The notes under the pieces: model-generated
Database searches by the model: none
What the model was told of the DNA's origin: nothing
The model's input: the letters and a program-made list of their open reading frames with translations, nothing else
Position numbers and translations under genes: made by a program
DNA from: Gaiellales bacterium
GTDB taxonomy: Bacteria; Actinomycetota; Thermoleophilia; Gaiellales; JAICJC01
Length of the DNA stretch: 64,000 nt
Direction of reading: 5' to 3'
Assembly (NCBI GenBank): GCA_036403155.1
Contig: DASWRM010000042.1
Coordinates: 49,463 to 113,462, forward strand
Shown: in pieces, positions 29,249-37,655 of the stretch
How the letters are laid out: every line of letters starts with the position of its first letter
Numbering within the stretch: position 1 is the stretch's first letter

Positions 29249-29966
29249 GAAGCGTCTCAGCTCGGCCCGGAAAGAGGTCGAGCAGCGCCGCTCGGCGCGG
29301 CCGCTCGCCGACCTCGAAGCGGCGGTCGCGGGCCTGGAGCCGATACGGCCGTTCACCGAGGCTGCGTCGGGCGAGGAGATCGATTTCGTCCTGCGGCTGA
29401 GGGAGGTCGACGGCCCGCTGCTCGAGACGGCCGAGAGCCTCGAGGTGGCTGGGCTCGCGGGTCCGATCGGACAGCTGTCGTCGCTCGCCGCGTTGACAGC
29501 CCTCCCGCTGCTGCTGACCGATGTCGTCGTGGACGGCTACCAGCTCTACGAGTCGCGCCTCGCGGGTGCCGGCGGGGTCGTGCTGATCGCGGCCGCATTC
29601 CGCGACGAGGACGAGCGTGAGCACCTGTCCGAGCTGTACGGCCTGGCGGGGTCGATCGGCCTGGACGTGATCGTCGAGGTGGCTGACGAGGAGGAGATCG
29701 AGGACGTGCTCGAGCTGCTCGACCCCGACTCGTTCCTCGTCCGCAACCGGAGCGAGGACGGGGAAGCGGCGGACTTCGAGCGGACGTTCTCGCTGCTCGA
29801 GGAGGTGCCGGCCGGCAAGGTGGTCGTCAGCCAGGGCGGCGTGCGGGAGCGCGACGAGGTCGAGGCGCTCGAGCGCGCGGGGGTCGATGCCGTGATCCTC
29901 GGGCCGTGGGCTGCGGCGGGCGATCTTGCCGACACGCTGCGCGTGCTGCGCGGCGAGTCGCGCTGA
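29235..29966 (+). CDS. Indole-3-glycerol-phosphate-synthase-like TIM-barrel protein, catalytic residues apparently substituted
   Basis: Collinear with TrpC blocks: IDFVLRLREVDG (vs IAEVKRASPSKG), LPLLLTDVVVDGYQLYESRLAGAGGVVLI (vs PVLRKDFIIDPYQ..GADAVLLI), VIVEVADEEE (vs LVEVHDEEE), FLVRNRS (vs IGINNRD). Both catalytic Lys positions appear replaced in this by-eye alignment. Confidence 0.6.
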   Translation: MPSLEKRLSSARKEVEQRRSARPLADLEAAVAGLEPIRPFTEAASGEEIDFVLRLREVDGPLLETAESLEVAGLAGPIGQLSSLAALTALPLLLTDVVVDGYQLYESRLAGAGGVVLIAAAFRDEDEREHLSELYGLAGSIGLDVIVEVADEEEIEDVLELLDPDSFLVRNRSEDGEAADFERTFSLLEEVPAGKVVVSQGGVRERDEVEALERAGVDAVILGPWAAAGDLADTLRVLRGESR

Positions 29967-29967
29967 G

Positions 29968-30999
29968 CTACCCGAACAGGGCCTCAGCCTGGCGGTAGAG
30001 CTCGGGCGGGACGGTCTTCAGTTCGGCGACCGCGTCCGCGATCGGCACCGCCACGATCTCGTCGCCGCGGAGGGCCGCCATCATCCCGAACTCACCGTCG
30101 AAGACGAGGTCGGCGGCCTTCAGCCCGAAGCGTGTCGCGAGCACGCGGTCGTGGGCGGTGGGCGAGCCGCCGCGCTGGACGTGGCCGAGCGCCGTGACGC
30201 GGGTCTCGAAGCCGGTGCGGTGCTCGATCTCGCCGGCCAGGAGGGCGCCGATGCCGCCGAGGCGCGCGTGGCCGAACGCGTCCGTCGACGCGGCCGCGAC
30301 GACCTGGCTGTCGCCGCTCTCGAAGCGGAGCTCCCAGCCCTCGCTGACGACCACGATCGAGAAGTCCTTGCCGCGAGCGTGGCGGCGCTCGATCAGCTGG
30401 CAGGCCCGCTCGACGGTCACCGGCTGCTCGGGGATGAGGACGACGTCCGCGCCGCCGGCCATGCCGGACAGCAGGGCGATCCAGCCGGCGTGCCGCCCCA
30501 TCACCTCGCAGACCATGACGCGGTCGTGCGACTCGGCGGTGGAGTGAAGGCGGTCGATCGCCTCCGTGGCGATCGAGAGGGCGGTGTCGAAGCCGAACGT
30601 GTAGTCGGTTGCCGACAGGTCGTTGTCGATCGTCTTCGGCACGCCGACGACGTGGGCGCCGTGCTCCTCGTGAAGACGGGCGGCGACGCCGAGCGTGTCC
30701 TCGCCGCCGATGACGACGAGCGCATCCATGGCGTCGAGCGCTGCGAGCGTGCGCTCCACGCCGTTCTCGACCTTGTACGGGTTGGTGCGCGACGTGCGGA
30801 GGATGGTGCCGCCGCGGGGGAGGATTCCGCTGATGTCCCGGGCGGACAGCGGCTGGGTCGCCCCCTCGACGAGGCCGCGCCAGCCGTGGAGGACGCCGAT
30901 CACCTCGTCGCCTCGGTCGAGCGCGCGTCGCGTCACGGCGCGGATGACGGCGTTCAGGCCGGGACAGTCGCCCCCGCCGGTGAGGATGCCGATGCGCAC
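29968..30999 (-). CDS. pfkA: 6-phosphofructokinase
   Basis: VRIGILTGGGDCPGLNAVIR.., ..MGRHAGWIAL... GTG start lies 6 nt after TAGCAT (minus strand, 31006-31011). Confidence 0.92.
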   Translation of the reverse strand: MRIGILTGGGDCPGLNAVIRAVTRRALDRGDEVIGVLHGWRGLVEGATQPLSARDISGILPRGGTILRTSRTNPYKVENGVERTLAALDAMDALVVIGGEDTLGVAARLHEEHGAHVVGVPKTIDNDLSATDYTFGFDTALSIATEAIDRLHSTAESHDRVMVCEVMGRHAGWIALLSGMAGGADVVLIPEQPVTVERACQLIERRHARGKDFSIVVVSEGWELRFESGDSQVVAAASTDAFGHARLGGIGALLAGEIEHRTGFETRVTALGHVQRGGSPTAHDRVLATRFGLKAADLVFDGEFGMMAALRGDEIVAVPIADAVAELKTVPPELYRQAEALFG

Positions 31000-31057
31000 G
31001 CCGTGATGCTACCGCTGCCCCCGGGCGGCCACGCGGGATCGCGTACGCTGCGCGCAG

Positions 31058-31141
31058 GCCGAAGTGGCGGAACCGGTAGACGCGCCGGACTCAAAATCCG
31101 GTGACCGCAAGGTCGTGTGGGTTCGAGTCCCACCTTCGGCA
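31058..31141 (+). tRNA. tRNA-Leu (anticodon CAA), class II with long variable arm, CCA not encoded
   Basis: Acceptor GCCGAAG/CTTCGGC plus discriminator A. Anticodon stem CCGGA/TCCGG with loop CTCAAAA. Variable arm TGACCGCAAGGTCGT. T-arm GTGGG-TTCGAGT-CCCAC. Confidence 0.93.
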
Positions 31142-31175
31142 TACCGATCGTTGATCGAATCCTCGCCCGGTCCCA

Positions 31176-31967
31176 TCACCCCGCCAGTCCCTCGACGAGG
31201 TAGCGGACGGCGATGGCGACGACGAGCACGCCGAGCACCCGCCGGATCAGCCGGTCCGGCACTCGCGGCTGGACATGGGCGCCGAGGTAGCTGCCCGCCA
31301 GGCCCGATGCGCCCATCGCGAGCCCAAGCACCCAGTCGGGCGCGATCGTGCCGCCGTGGCGAAGCTGTATCAGCTGGTAGGTGACCACTCCGGCCAGCGA
31401 GGTGACGAACGTCGCCGCGAGCGCTGCGCCGGCCACCTCCACAACGCTGAATCCGAGTGCCAGCAGGATCGGCGCGAGGATCGAGCCGCCGCCGATTCCG
31501 TAGATGCCGCCCACCACGCCAACCGCCAGGGCGAGCGGAATGACGCCGCGAGCGGACGGCCGGACCGCCGCCCTCCTGCTGCGTGGCCGGCTACCGGCGG
31601 TCGCGAGCCACGACCCGAGCGGCAGGAGCACTGCTGCGACGACGACCAGGAACGCCCGGGGACCTGACAGCCACTCCACCCGCACGATCGCGCCGACGAC
31701 GACGCCGGGAAGCGTCCCGAGCACCAGGATCCGTGCCAGCCGTTCGCGCAGCGATCCCGCCTGCCAGTACCGCAGCAGCCCGCCGGGCGTGGCGACGACG
31801 CTGTAGAGCAGGTTGGTCGGCGTCACCGCCGGGCTCGGCACGTCGAGCAGCGACACCTGCACCGGCAGCAGCAGCACCGCGCCGGACACGCCCGCCGGCG
31901 TGGTGATCAGCGCGATGACGAACGCGAACAGGCAGCCCTCGGCGATTCGCACCGCGGGAGTCTGCAC
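31176..31967 (-). CDS. TauE/SafE (DUF81) family anion exporter
   Basis: Polytopic protein. ..TTPAGVSGAVLLLPVQV.. and ..VGGIYGIGGGSILAPILL.. are typical of TauE. An alternative start is GTG 31952 (CAGACT 6 nt upstream). Confidence 0.8.
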   Translation of the reverse strand: MQTPAVRIAEGCLFAFVIALITTPAGVSGAVLLLPVQVSLLDVPSPAVTPTNLLYSVVATPGGLLRYWQAGSLRERLARILVLGTLPGVVVGAIVRVEWLSGPRAFLVVVAAVLLPLGSWLATAGSRPRSRRAAVRPSARGVIPLALAVGVVGGIYGIGGGSILAPILLALGFSVVEVAGAALAATFVTSLAGVVTYQLIQLRHGGTIAPDWVLGLAMGASGLAGSYLGAHVQPRVPDRLIRRVLGVLVVAIAVRYLVEGLAG

Positions 31968-32025
31968 GATCGGGCGGTGAGCTTGTCTGCGATTGCCGGC
32001 CGCGATGCGCGGGTAGAGCGTCCGG

Positions 32026-32520
32026 ATGCACAGCGGGCATGCCGACTACCTCCGTATCTACATGAACGACCAGCTTGCGCTCGGGATCGCCTGGCGCGAG
32101 ACGGCGCGGCGCGCGGCCCGCGAGAACAGCGGGAGCCCGACCGGCGAGGCGCTGGCGGTCGTGGCCCGGCAGATCGCCGAGGACATCAGCCTGTTCGAGA
32201 CGATGATGCGGCGGCTCGGGCTGAGCCGCAATCCCGTCAAACCGGTGCTCGCGATGGCGGCCGAGCGGATCGGCCGGTTCAAGCCGAATGGCCACCTTCG
32301 AAGTTACTCGCCGCTCAGCCGCTTCGTCGAGCTCGACGTGCTGGTGATGGGCATCGAGGGCAAGAAGATCCTGTGGGAGAACCTGCGGGAACTCGCCGGC
32401 ATCGAGCTGGCGGACGTGGATTTCGATGCGCTGATCGAGCGGGCCGACGAGCAGCGCCGCATGCTCGAGCCGTTTCGCCGCGAGGCCGGGCGCGAGGCGC
32501 TCACCCTCTCCGCGGCCTGA
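32026..32520 (+). CDS. Hypothetical helical protein (164 aa)
   Basis: GC3-rich ORF, predicted all-helical (..YLRIYMNDQLALGIAWRETARRAA..). No family recognised. Confidence 0.6.
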   Translation: MHSGHADYLRIYMNDQLALGIAWRETARRAARENSGSPTGEALAVVARQIAEDISLFETMMRRLGLSRNPVKPVLAMAAERIGRFKPNGHLRSYSPLSRFVELDVLVMGIEGKKILWENLRELAGIELADVDFDALIERADEQRRMLEPFRREAGREALTLSAA

Positions 32521-32565
32521 ACCGTCACGCCGCATCACGATCGTGCACCAGAACGTCGTCGCCCC

Positions 32566-32610
32566 CCGAGTCGGGCTCTGAGCCCTTTTCCGGCCGGTAG
32601 CGGACGCTTC
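32566..32610 (+). repeat. Direct repeat copy 1 with embedded mini-hairpin plus T4 (GGGCTCTGAGCCCTTTT)
   Basis: CCGAGTCGGGCTCTGAGCCCTTTTCCGGCCGGTAGCGGACGCTTC. Lies 46 nt after the stop of the 164-aa gene. Confidence 0.7.
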
Positions 32611-32674
32611 GAGCGGGATTCGGTCACAAGGATGCGCCGCGGCGCGCGAGGTCGTCAAGAAGCGATCACGGCGG

Positions 32675-32719
32675 CCGACTCGGGCTCTGAGCCCTTTTCC
32701 GGCCGATAGCGGACGCTTT
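32675..32719 (+). repeat. Direct repeat copy 2 (109 nt downstream of copy 1)
   Basis: CCGACTCGGGCTCTGAGCCCTTTTCCGGCCGATAGCGGACGCTTT. Differs from copy 1 at about 3 positions. Confidence 0.7.
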
Positions 32720-32805
32720 GGGTGCCCCGCGTGGCGGCCAGGATCGCGTTCGCTGCGCCGCCCGCCCGGGTAGGTGGGCCTCAGTCCCCGCCCTGGAGGT
32801 GTCCC

Positions 32806-33159
32806 GTGCCGGTCGTCGGCGTCCACCATGTTCCCAGCCTGACGCGCGAGCGCTACGAGCAGCTCGTGCGCCGGCTGTCGGGCTCACAGCGCGTCGAGTC
32901 GACCGACGACCTCCCCGACGGCGTCCTCGCCCACGTGGCCTGGGAAGCCGAGGACGGCTTCTGGGTCGTCGACGTGTTCGCGACGCAGCGTCACGCCGAC
33001 GACTTCGCGCGGCTCGCGCGTCCGATCGCGGAGGCGGCCGGGATCGACCAGCCGCCGACGACCTATCCGGCGCACACGGCGGTCGTCGGGGACGGGGGCA
33101 ACCGGCCCGAGACGCTGGAGGACGAACCGGGATCCGTCCCGCCCGTCGGCGGCGGGTAG
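32806..33159 (+). CDS. Hypothetical small protein (117 aa)
   Basis: GTG 32806 preceded by GGAGGTG (4-nt spacer). ..VHHVPSLTRERYEQLVRRLSG..AWEAEDGFWVVDVFATQRHADDF... The upstream part of track ORF 32722 covers the repeat region and looks non-coding. Confidence 0.55.
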   Translation: MPVVGVHHVPSLTRERYEQLVRRLSGSQRVESTDDLPDGVLAHVAWEAEDGFWVVDVFATQRHADDFARLARPIAEAAGIDQPPTTYPAHTAVVGDGGNRPETLEDEPGSVPPVGGG

Positions 33160-33194
33160 CCGGTCGCCGGCGCACCACGATAGAAGGAGGAGCG

Positions 33195-33491
33195 ATGGCA
33201 GCACGATTCGAGATCAAGAAGCGGCGAGGCGGTCAGTTCTACTTCGTCGTCATCGCAGGCAACAACCAGGTGGTCGCGACCAGCGAGAACTACACCGACA
33301 AGGCGCGCTGCCAGCGAGGCATCGAGAGCGTCAAGCGCATGGCCGCCGACGCGCCGGTGCGCGATACGGCGGACGCGGCGACACGCACGCCGGCTGCGAC
33401 TAGCGGCGGCAGGAGAACGCCATCGGCGCCGGCGCATCCCGGGAAGGAGCCGACCGCCTCGCCGGCGCGCCGGACGCGGCGCAGCCCCTAG
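33195..33491 (+). CDS. YegP/DUF1508 domain protein with basic low-complexity tail
   Basis: MAARFEIKKRRGGQFYFVVIAGNNQVVATSENYTDKARCQRGIESVKR matches the DUF1508 repeat as I recall it. GAAGGAGGAG SD. C-terminal ~45 aa are Ala/Pro/Arg/Thr-rich. Confidence 0.75.
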   Translation: MAARFEIKKRRGGQFYFVVIAGNNQVVATSENYTDKARCQRGIESVKRMAADAPVRDTADAATRTPAATSGGRRTPSAPAHPGKEPTASPARRTRRSP

Positions 33492-33805
33492 CCCGGGTAC
33501 TCATCGGCGATGCCGCCGACGGCCAGCGCGTCGTGGATCGGGTCGCTGGCCTCGATCTGCAGTCCGATGCCTGCCGCATGGCACCGCGCCGACGTGGCCA
33601 CCAGGCACCGGAGGCCCGCGTCGTCGATCCCGTCGAGCTCGAGCAGGTCCACGCGCAGCCGCTCGATGCCGCTGTCGAGCGCCTCGTCGATGGCGGACTG
33701 GAGCATGTCGCACGTGGTCTCGTCCAGCCAACCTCGGCCGGACACCACCGCGGAGTTGTCCGCACTGCTGCGGAAGACCTGCAGCGCGTGTGCTTGCTCG
33801 GGCAT
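33488..33805 (-). CDS. STAS-domain protein (anti-sigma-factor-antagonist-like)
   Basis: Internal ATG of track ORF 33488..34180 with a GAGGAG SD. 105 aa, ..RLRVDLLELDGIDDAGLRCLV.. is typical of a SpoIIAA/RsbV fold. No partner kinase in the window. Confidence 0.65.
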   Translation of the reverse strand: MPEQAHALQVFRSSADNSAVVSGRGWLDETTCDMLQSAIDEALDSGIERLRVDLLELDGIDDAGLRCLVATSARCHAAGIGLQIEASDPIHDALAVGGIADEYPG

Positions 33806-33902
33806 GAACGCTCCTCGGGGCGGGGTCGTGACGAGTGTCTCACACCACCCGGCGGCCGGCACACGACTTTGCGCCGGCGACCGAATCCGGTAGAACCCTC
33901 GT

Positions 33903-35072
33903 GTGGCCGACCAGACCGAGAAGCAGGGAGCGGCACGCTCGAGCGTCCTCGACCACAGGTTCGGCGACGGCCCGCCGCTCACGGTCGGCGTGGAGGAGGA
34001 GTACATGCTGCTCGACGGCGCCAGCTTCGACCTCGTCTCCGGCGTCGAGCCGCTGCTCGACCAGGCAGCGGACGGGCCATTCGTCGAGCAGCTGAAGCCC
34101 GAGCTGATGCAGTGCGTGCTCGAGTCCGGCACCGTCGTCTGCGAGACGGTCGCGGACGCCGATGCCGACCTGCGCGCCATCCGGCGCTACGCGAGCGGCC
34201 TCGCACGCGACCACGGCATCCGCCTGGGGGCGGCCGCCACCCATCCCTTCTCGCTGTACGAGGATCAGAAGATCACGGCGCGCGACCGCTATCGCATGCT
34301 GGTCGAGATGCTGCAGTACGTGGCGCGCCGCGAGCTCGTCTTCGGGATGCACGTGCACGTCGCCGTGCCGACGCCCGAGGCCGCGCTGCAGGTGATGGAG
34401 GGGGTGCTGATCGAGCTGCCCGTGCTGCTCGCCCTGTCGACGAACTCGCCGTTCTGGCGGGGCGAGTCGACCGGCCTCCACTCGACCCGCTCGATGATCT
34501 TCGCCGCATTCCCCCGCAGCGGCATCTCGCCGAGGTTCGAGAGCTACAAGGACTACGCGGATGCCGTCGGCTTCATGGAGGCGACCGGCGCCATCGGCGA
34601 TTACACGCACCTGTGGTGGGACGTGCGGCCGCATCCGCGCTTCGGCACGGTCGAGCTGCGGGTGATGGACGTGCAGACGCGCGTCGAGGACGCCCTGGCG
34701 CTGGCCGCGTACGTCCAGTGCCTGGTCAAGCTGATCCTCGACGAGATCGAGGCCGGCAACCCGCCGACCGCCTACAACCGGATGCTGCTCTCCGAGAACA
34801 AGTGGCTGTCCGCGCGCTACGGGCTCGATGCCCCGCTGATGGATCTCGCGGCCGGCAAGCGGATCAAGGTGCCGGCCCGCACGCTCGCGCGCCGGCGGCT
34901 GAAGGAGCTACGTCCGATCGCCCGCGAGCTCGGCTGCTCCGACCACCTGGCACGCATCGAGTGGATGATCGAGAACGGCACCGGCGCGCAGCGCCAGCTG
35001 CAGGTCTGGAACGCGAACCGCGACCTGCGCGAGGTGGCCGAGGAGATCGCCGACGCGACAGAGGCGGTGTGA
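33903..35072 (+). CDS. Carboxylate-amine ligase, glutamate-cysteine ligase family 2 (YbdK-like)
   Basis: ..LTVGVEEEYMLLD.., ..GMHVHVAVP.., ..WWDVRPHPRFGTVELRVMD.. are GCS2 signatures. GTG start lies 6 nt after TAGAAC. Confidence 0.88.
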   Translation: MADQTEKQGAARSSVLDHRFGDGPPLTVGVEEEYMLLDGASFDLVSGVEPLLDQAADGPFVEQLKPELMQCVLESGTVVCETVADADADLRAIRRYASGLARDHGIRLGAAATHPFSLYEDQKITARDRYRMLVEMLQYVARRELVFGMHVHVAVPTPEAALQVMEGVLIELPVLLALSTNSPFWRGESTGLHSTRSMIFAAFPRSGISPRFESYKDYADAVGFMEATGAIGDYTHLWWDVRPHPRFGTVELRVMDVQTRVEDALALAAYVQCLVKLILDEIEAGNPPTAYNRMLLSENKWLSARYGLDAPLMDLAAGKRIKVPARTLARRRLKELRPIARELGCSDHLARIEWMIENGTGAQRQLQVWNANRDLREVAEEIADATEAV

Positions 35073-35087
35073 CGCTCCCGCCACGCG

Positions 35088-36257
35088 TCATCCCACCGGT
35101 TGGTCGCGCGGTCTGACCGCCGCCAGGGCGACCAGGGCGAGCAGCGCGGCGACGGCGCCCAGCGCGAACACCGCTCCCGGCCCGACCGCCTGCCACAGCA
35201 CCCCCGCGACCAGGCTCGCAACCACCGCGGCGGTACCGGTCGCGAGCCGGAACGCGCCCTGGCCGGTGGCACGGTGGCGCGGCGGGGAGAGGTCCGAGAC
35301 GAGCGCCTTGCCGACGCCGTCCGTCGCGGCGATGTAGACGCCGTACACCGCCATCAGCGGCCACACCAGCGCACCCGTGCGCGCGAGGCCGAACCCGGCA
35401 TACACCGCTGCGAACACGGCCAGCCCGGCCGCGAGCACCCGCCGCTTCCCGATCCGGTCGCTGAGCGTGCCGAGCGGCCACGAGAGCCCGGAGTAGAGGG
35501 TGTTGTAGAGCGCGTATGCGAGCACGACCGCGGTGGCGCCGAGCCCGAGATCCTTCGCCCGGAGCAGCAGGAAGACATCGGCGGAGTTGCCGAGCGAGAA
35601 GACCGTCCATGCCGCCGTGAACGCCCAGAACGGCCGACCGAGGTCTGCCAGCCGTGCGCGCTCGACCGGCTCGGCCGCGTCCGCCGGGGCGGCGGGGATG
35701 TCGCGGATCCGGCGCAGCGCCAGCATCGTCAGGAGCGCCGGCGCCACGGCCACCATGATCACCTGGCGATACGACAGCCCCGCCTCCAGCAGCGCCAGCG
35801 CGACGAGCGGGCCGATGACGGCCCCGAGCGAGTCCATGAAGCGGTGGAACCCGAACACGTGCCCGGCCCGTCCCGGCTCGCTGGAATCGCGCAGGAGCGC
35901 GTCGCGGGGTGCGGTGCGAACGCCCTTGCCGGCACGGTCGAGCACCCGCGCGCCGAGCACCCAGCCCCAGGCAGGCGCGGCGGCGACCAGCGGCTTCGCG
36001 AGGTTCGACATGGTGTAGCCGCTCCACACGAACGGCATCCGCTTGCGGATGCGGTCGGATCGGCGACCGACCGCCAGCCCGACCACCTGGGCCGCTGCGT
36101 CCGCGGCTCCCTCGACGGCGCCGACGGCCGATGCCGGAGCGCCCAGCGTGATGGTCAGGAACAGCGGCAGGACGGGGTACAGCAGCTCCGACGAGGCATC
36201 GTTCAGGAGGCTCGTCCAGCCCATCGCCCACACGTTCCGGTTGATCCCCAGGCGCAC
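35088..36257 (-). CDS. MFS transporter
   Basis: 12-TM pattern. GTG 36257 (VRLGINRNVWAMGWTSLLND..) preferred over track start 36299 because TACAGT lies 9 nt upstream. Confidence 0.8.
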   Translation of the reverse strand: MRLGINRNVWAMGWTSLLNDASSELLYPVLPLFLTITLGAPASAVGAVEGAADAAAQVVGLAVGRRSDRIRKRMPFVWSGYTMSNLAKPLVAAAPAWGWVLGARVLDRAGKGVRTAPRDALLRDSSEPGRAGHVFGFHRFMDSLGAVIGPLVALALLEAGLSYRQVIMVAVAPALLTMLALRRIRDIPAAPADAAEPVERARLADLGRPFWAFTAAWTVFSLGNSADVFLLLRAKDLGLGATAVVLAYALYNTLYSGLSWPLGTLSDRIGKRRVLAAGLAVFAAVYAGFGLARTGALVWPLMAVYGVYIAATDGVGKALVSDLSPPRHRATGQGAFRLATGTAAVVASLVAGVLWQAVGPGAVFALGAVAALLALVALAAVRPRDQPVG

Positions 36258-36266
36258 CGCGTGCCA

Positions 36267-36276
36267 ACTGTAGACT
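36267..36276. promoter_or_regulatory. Overlapping divergent -10 hexamers ACTGTAGACT (TACAGT for the MFS gene on the minus strand, TAGACT for glnA on the plus strand)
   Basis: The two hexamers share 2 nt. glnA keeps a ~28-nt leader with a GAGGAGGG SD. The MFS gene would be leaderless. Confidence 0.45.
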
Positions 36277-36310
36277 GGCCGCGTTCGCGGGCAAACCACC
36301 GAGGAGGGTC

Positions 36311-37636
36311 ATGGACAAGCAGGAAGTGCTCGAGCGCTGCCGCCGGGACAACGTCGCGTTCGTGCGGCTGCAATTCACGGAGCCGTACGGCGCGGTGAAG
36401 AACGTGTCGATCCCGGTCGAGGAGCTGGAGAAGGCGCTCGACAACGAGCTCATGTTCGACGGATCGTCGATCCGCGGCTTCAAGCGGATCGAGCAGTCGG
36501 ACATGTACTTCCTGCCCGACCCGGCGACCTACGCGCTGCTTCCCTGGCGCGGCAAGGAGGACGCGAACACCGCCCGCCTGATCTGCGACGTCGCCGACCC
36601 GGACGGCCAGCCGTTCGCCGGCGACCCGCGCTCCAATCTAAAGCGCGTGCTCAAGCAGGCGGAGGATATCGGGTACACGATGCAGGTCGGTCCCGAGGCG
36701 GAGTTCTTCCTGTTCCGCCTCGACGGCGAGGGCAACCCGACGGTCGACCCGCATGACGCGGCCACCTACTTCGACGTGGCGCCGATGGACAAGGGCGAGG
36801 ACTGCCGCCGCGACATCGAGCTGACCCTCCAGAAGATGGACTTCCACCTCGAGGCGGCCCACCACGAGGTGGCGATCGGCCAGCACGAGATCGACTTCCG
36901 CCACGGCGACGCACTGTCGACGGCGGACAACCTGATCACGTTCCGGATGGTGGTGAAGGTGACCGCTGCGCAGCACGGCATGCACGCCACGTTCATGGCC
37001 AAGCCGCTGCACGGCGAGAACGGCTCCGGGATGCACGTGAACCAGTCGCTCTCGCGCGGGGACGAGAACGCGTTCCTCGACGAGTCGGACACGCTGCAGC
37101 TCTCGTCGGAGGCCTACAGCTACATCGCCGGCATCCTCAAGCACCTGCCCGCGATCACGGCCGTCGCCAACCCCACGGTCAACTCCTACAAGCGGCTGCT
37201 GCCCGGCTACGAGGCTCCGGTCTACATCGCATGGTCGCCCGGCAACCGCTCGGCGGCGATCCGCGTGCCGGCCAAGCGCGGACGCTCGACGCGGATCGAG
37301 CTGCGCACGCCCGATCCCACCGCGAACCCGTACCTGGCGCTGGCATGCATGCTGCAGGCGGGGCTGGACGGCATCACCAAGGGCCTGACTCCGCCGGATC
37401 CCGTCAACCGCAACATCTATGACCTGACCGAGGAGGAGTCGGCCGGGCTCGGCATCACCAGCCTGCCGCACGACCTGGCGCACGCACTCGACGCGCTCGA
37501 GCAGGACGCCGTCATGCGGCAGGCCCTCGGCGAGCACATCTTCAGCGAGTACATCGCGCTCAAACGGGCGGAGTGGGCCGCCTACAACGAGCAGGTGCAC
37601 CGGTGGGAGATCGACCAGTACATGGACCGCTTCTAG
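36311..37636 (+). CDS. glnA: Glutamine synthetase type I
   Basis: ..MFDGSSIRGF.., ..KPLHGENGSGMHVNQS.., ..NSYKRLLPGYEAP... GAGGAGGG SD. Confidence 0.95.
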   Translation: MDKQEVLERCRRDNVAFVRLQFTEPYGAVKNVSIPVEELEKALDNELMFDGSSIRGFKRIEQSDMYFLPDPATYALLPWRGKEDANTARLICDVADPDGQPFAGDPRSNLKRVLKQAEDIGYTMQVGPEAEFFLFRLDGEGNPTVDPHDAATYFDVAPMDKGEDCRRDIELTLQKMDFHLEAAHHEVAIGQHEIDFRHGDALSTADNLITFRMVVKVTAAQHGMHATFMAKPLHGENGSGMHVNQSLSRGDENAFLDESDTLQLSSEAYSYIAGILKHLPAITAVANPTVNSYKRLLPGYEAPVYIAWSPGNRSAAIRVPAKRGRSTRIELRTPDPTANPYLALACMLQAGLDGITKGLTPPDPVNRNIYDLTEEESAGLGITSLPHDLAHALDALEQDAVMRQALGEHIFSEYIALKRAEWAAYNEQVHRWEIDQYMDRF

Positions 37637-37655
37637 CCGCGACCGGCGGCCGCCG

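Noticed and set aside
32566-32719. CRISPR array or 6C-type sRNA in the repeat-containing gap
   Set aside because: Only two repeat copies are present and no cas genes, so this is not a CRISPR array. The single C6 run (32562-32567) lacks the second C-rich loop expected of 6C RNA. A 25-codon ORF (32632-32709), and the shared ..SGSEPFSGR-stop reading of both repeats, has no SD or -10 context and was not called as coding.
31142-35087. Genomic island integrated at tRNA-Leu
   Set aside because: There is no integrase or recombinase. I could find no direct repeat of the tRNA 3' end downstream, and no clear compositional break. The genes are merely non-core.
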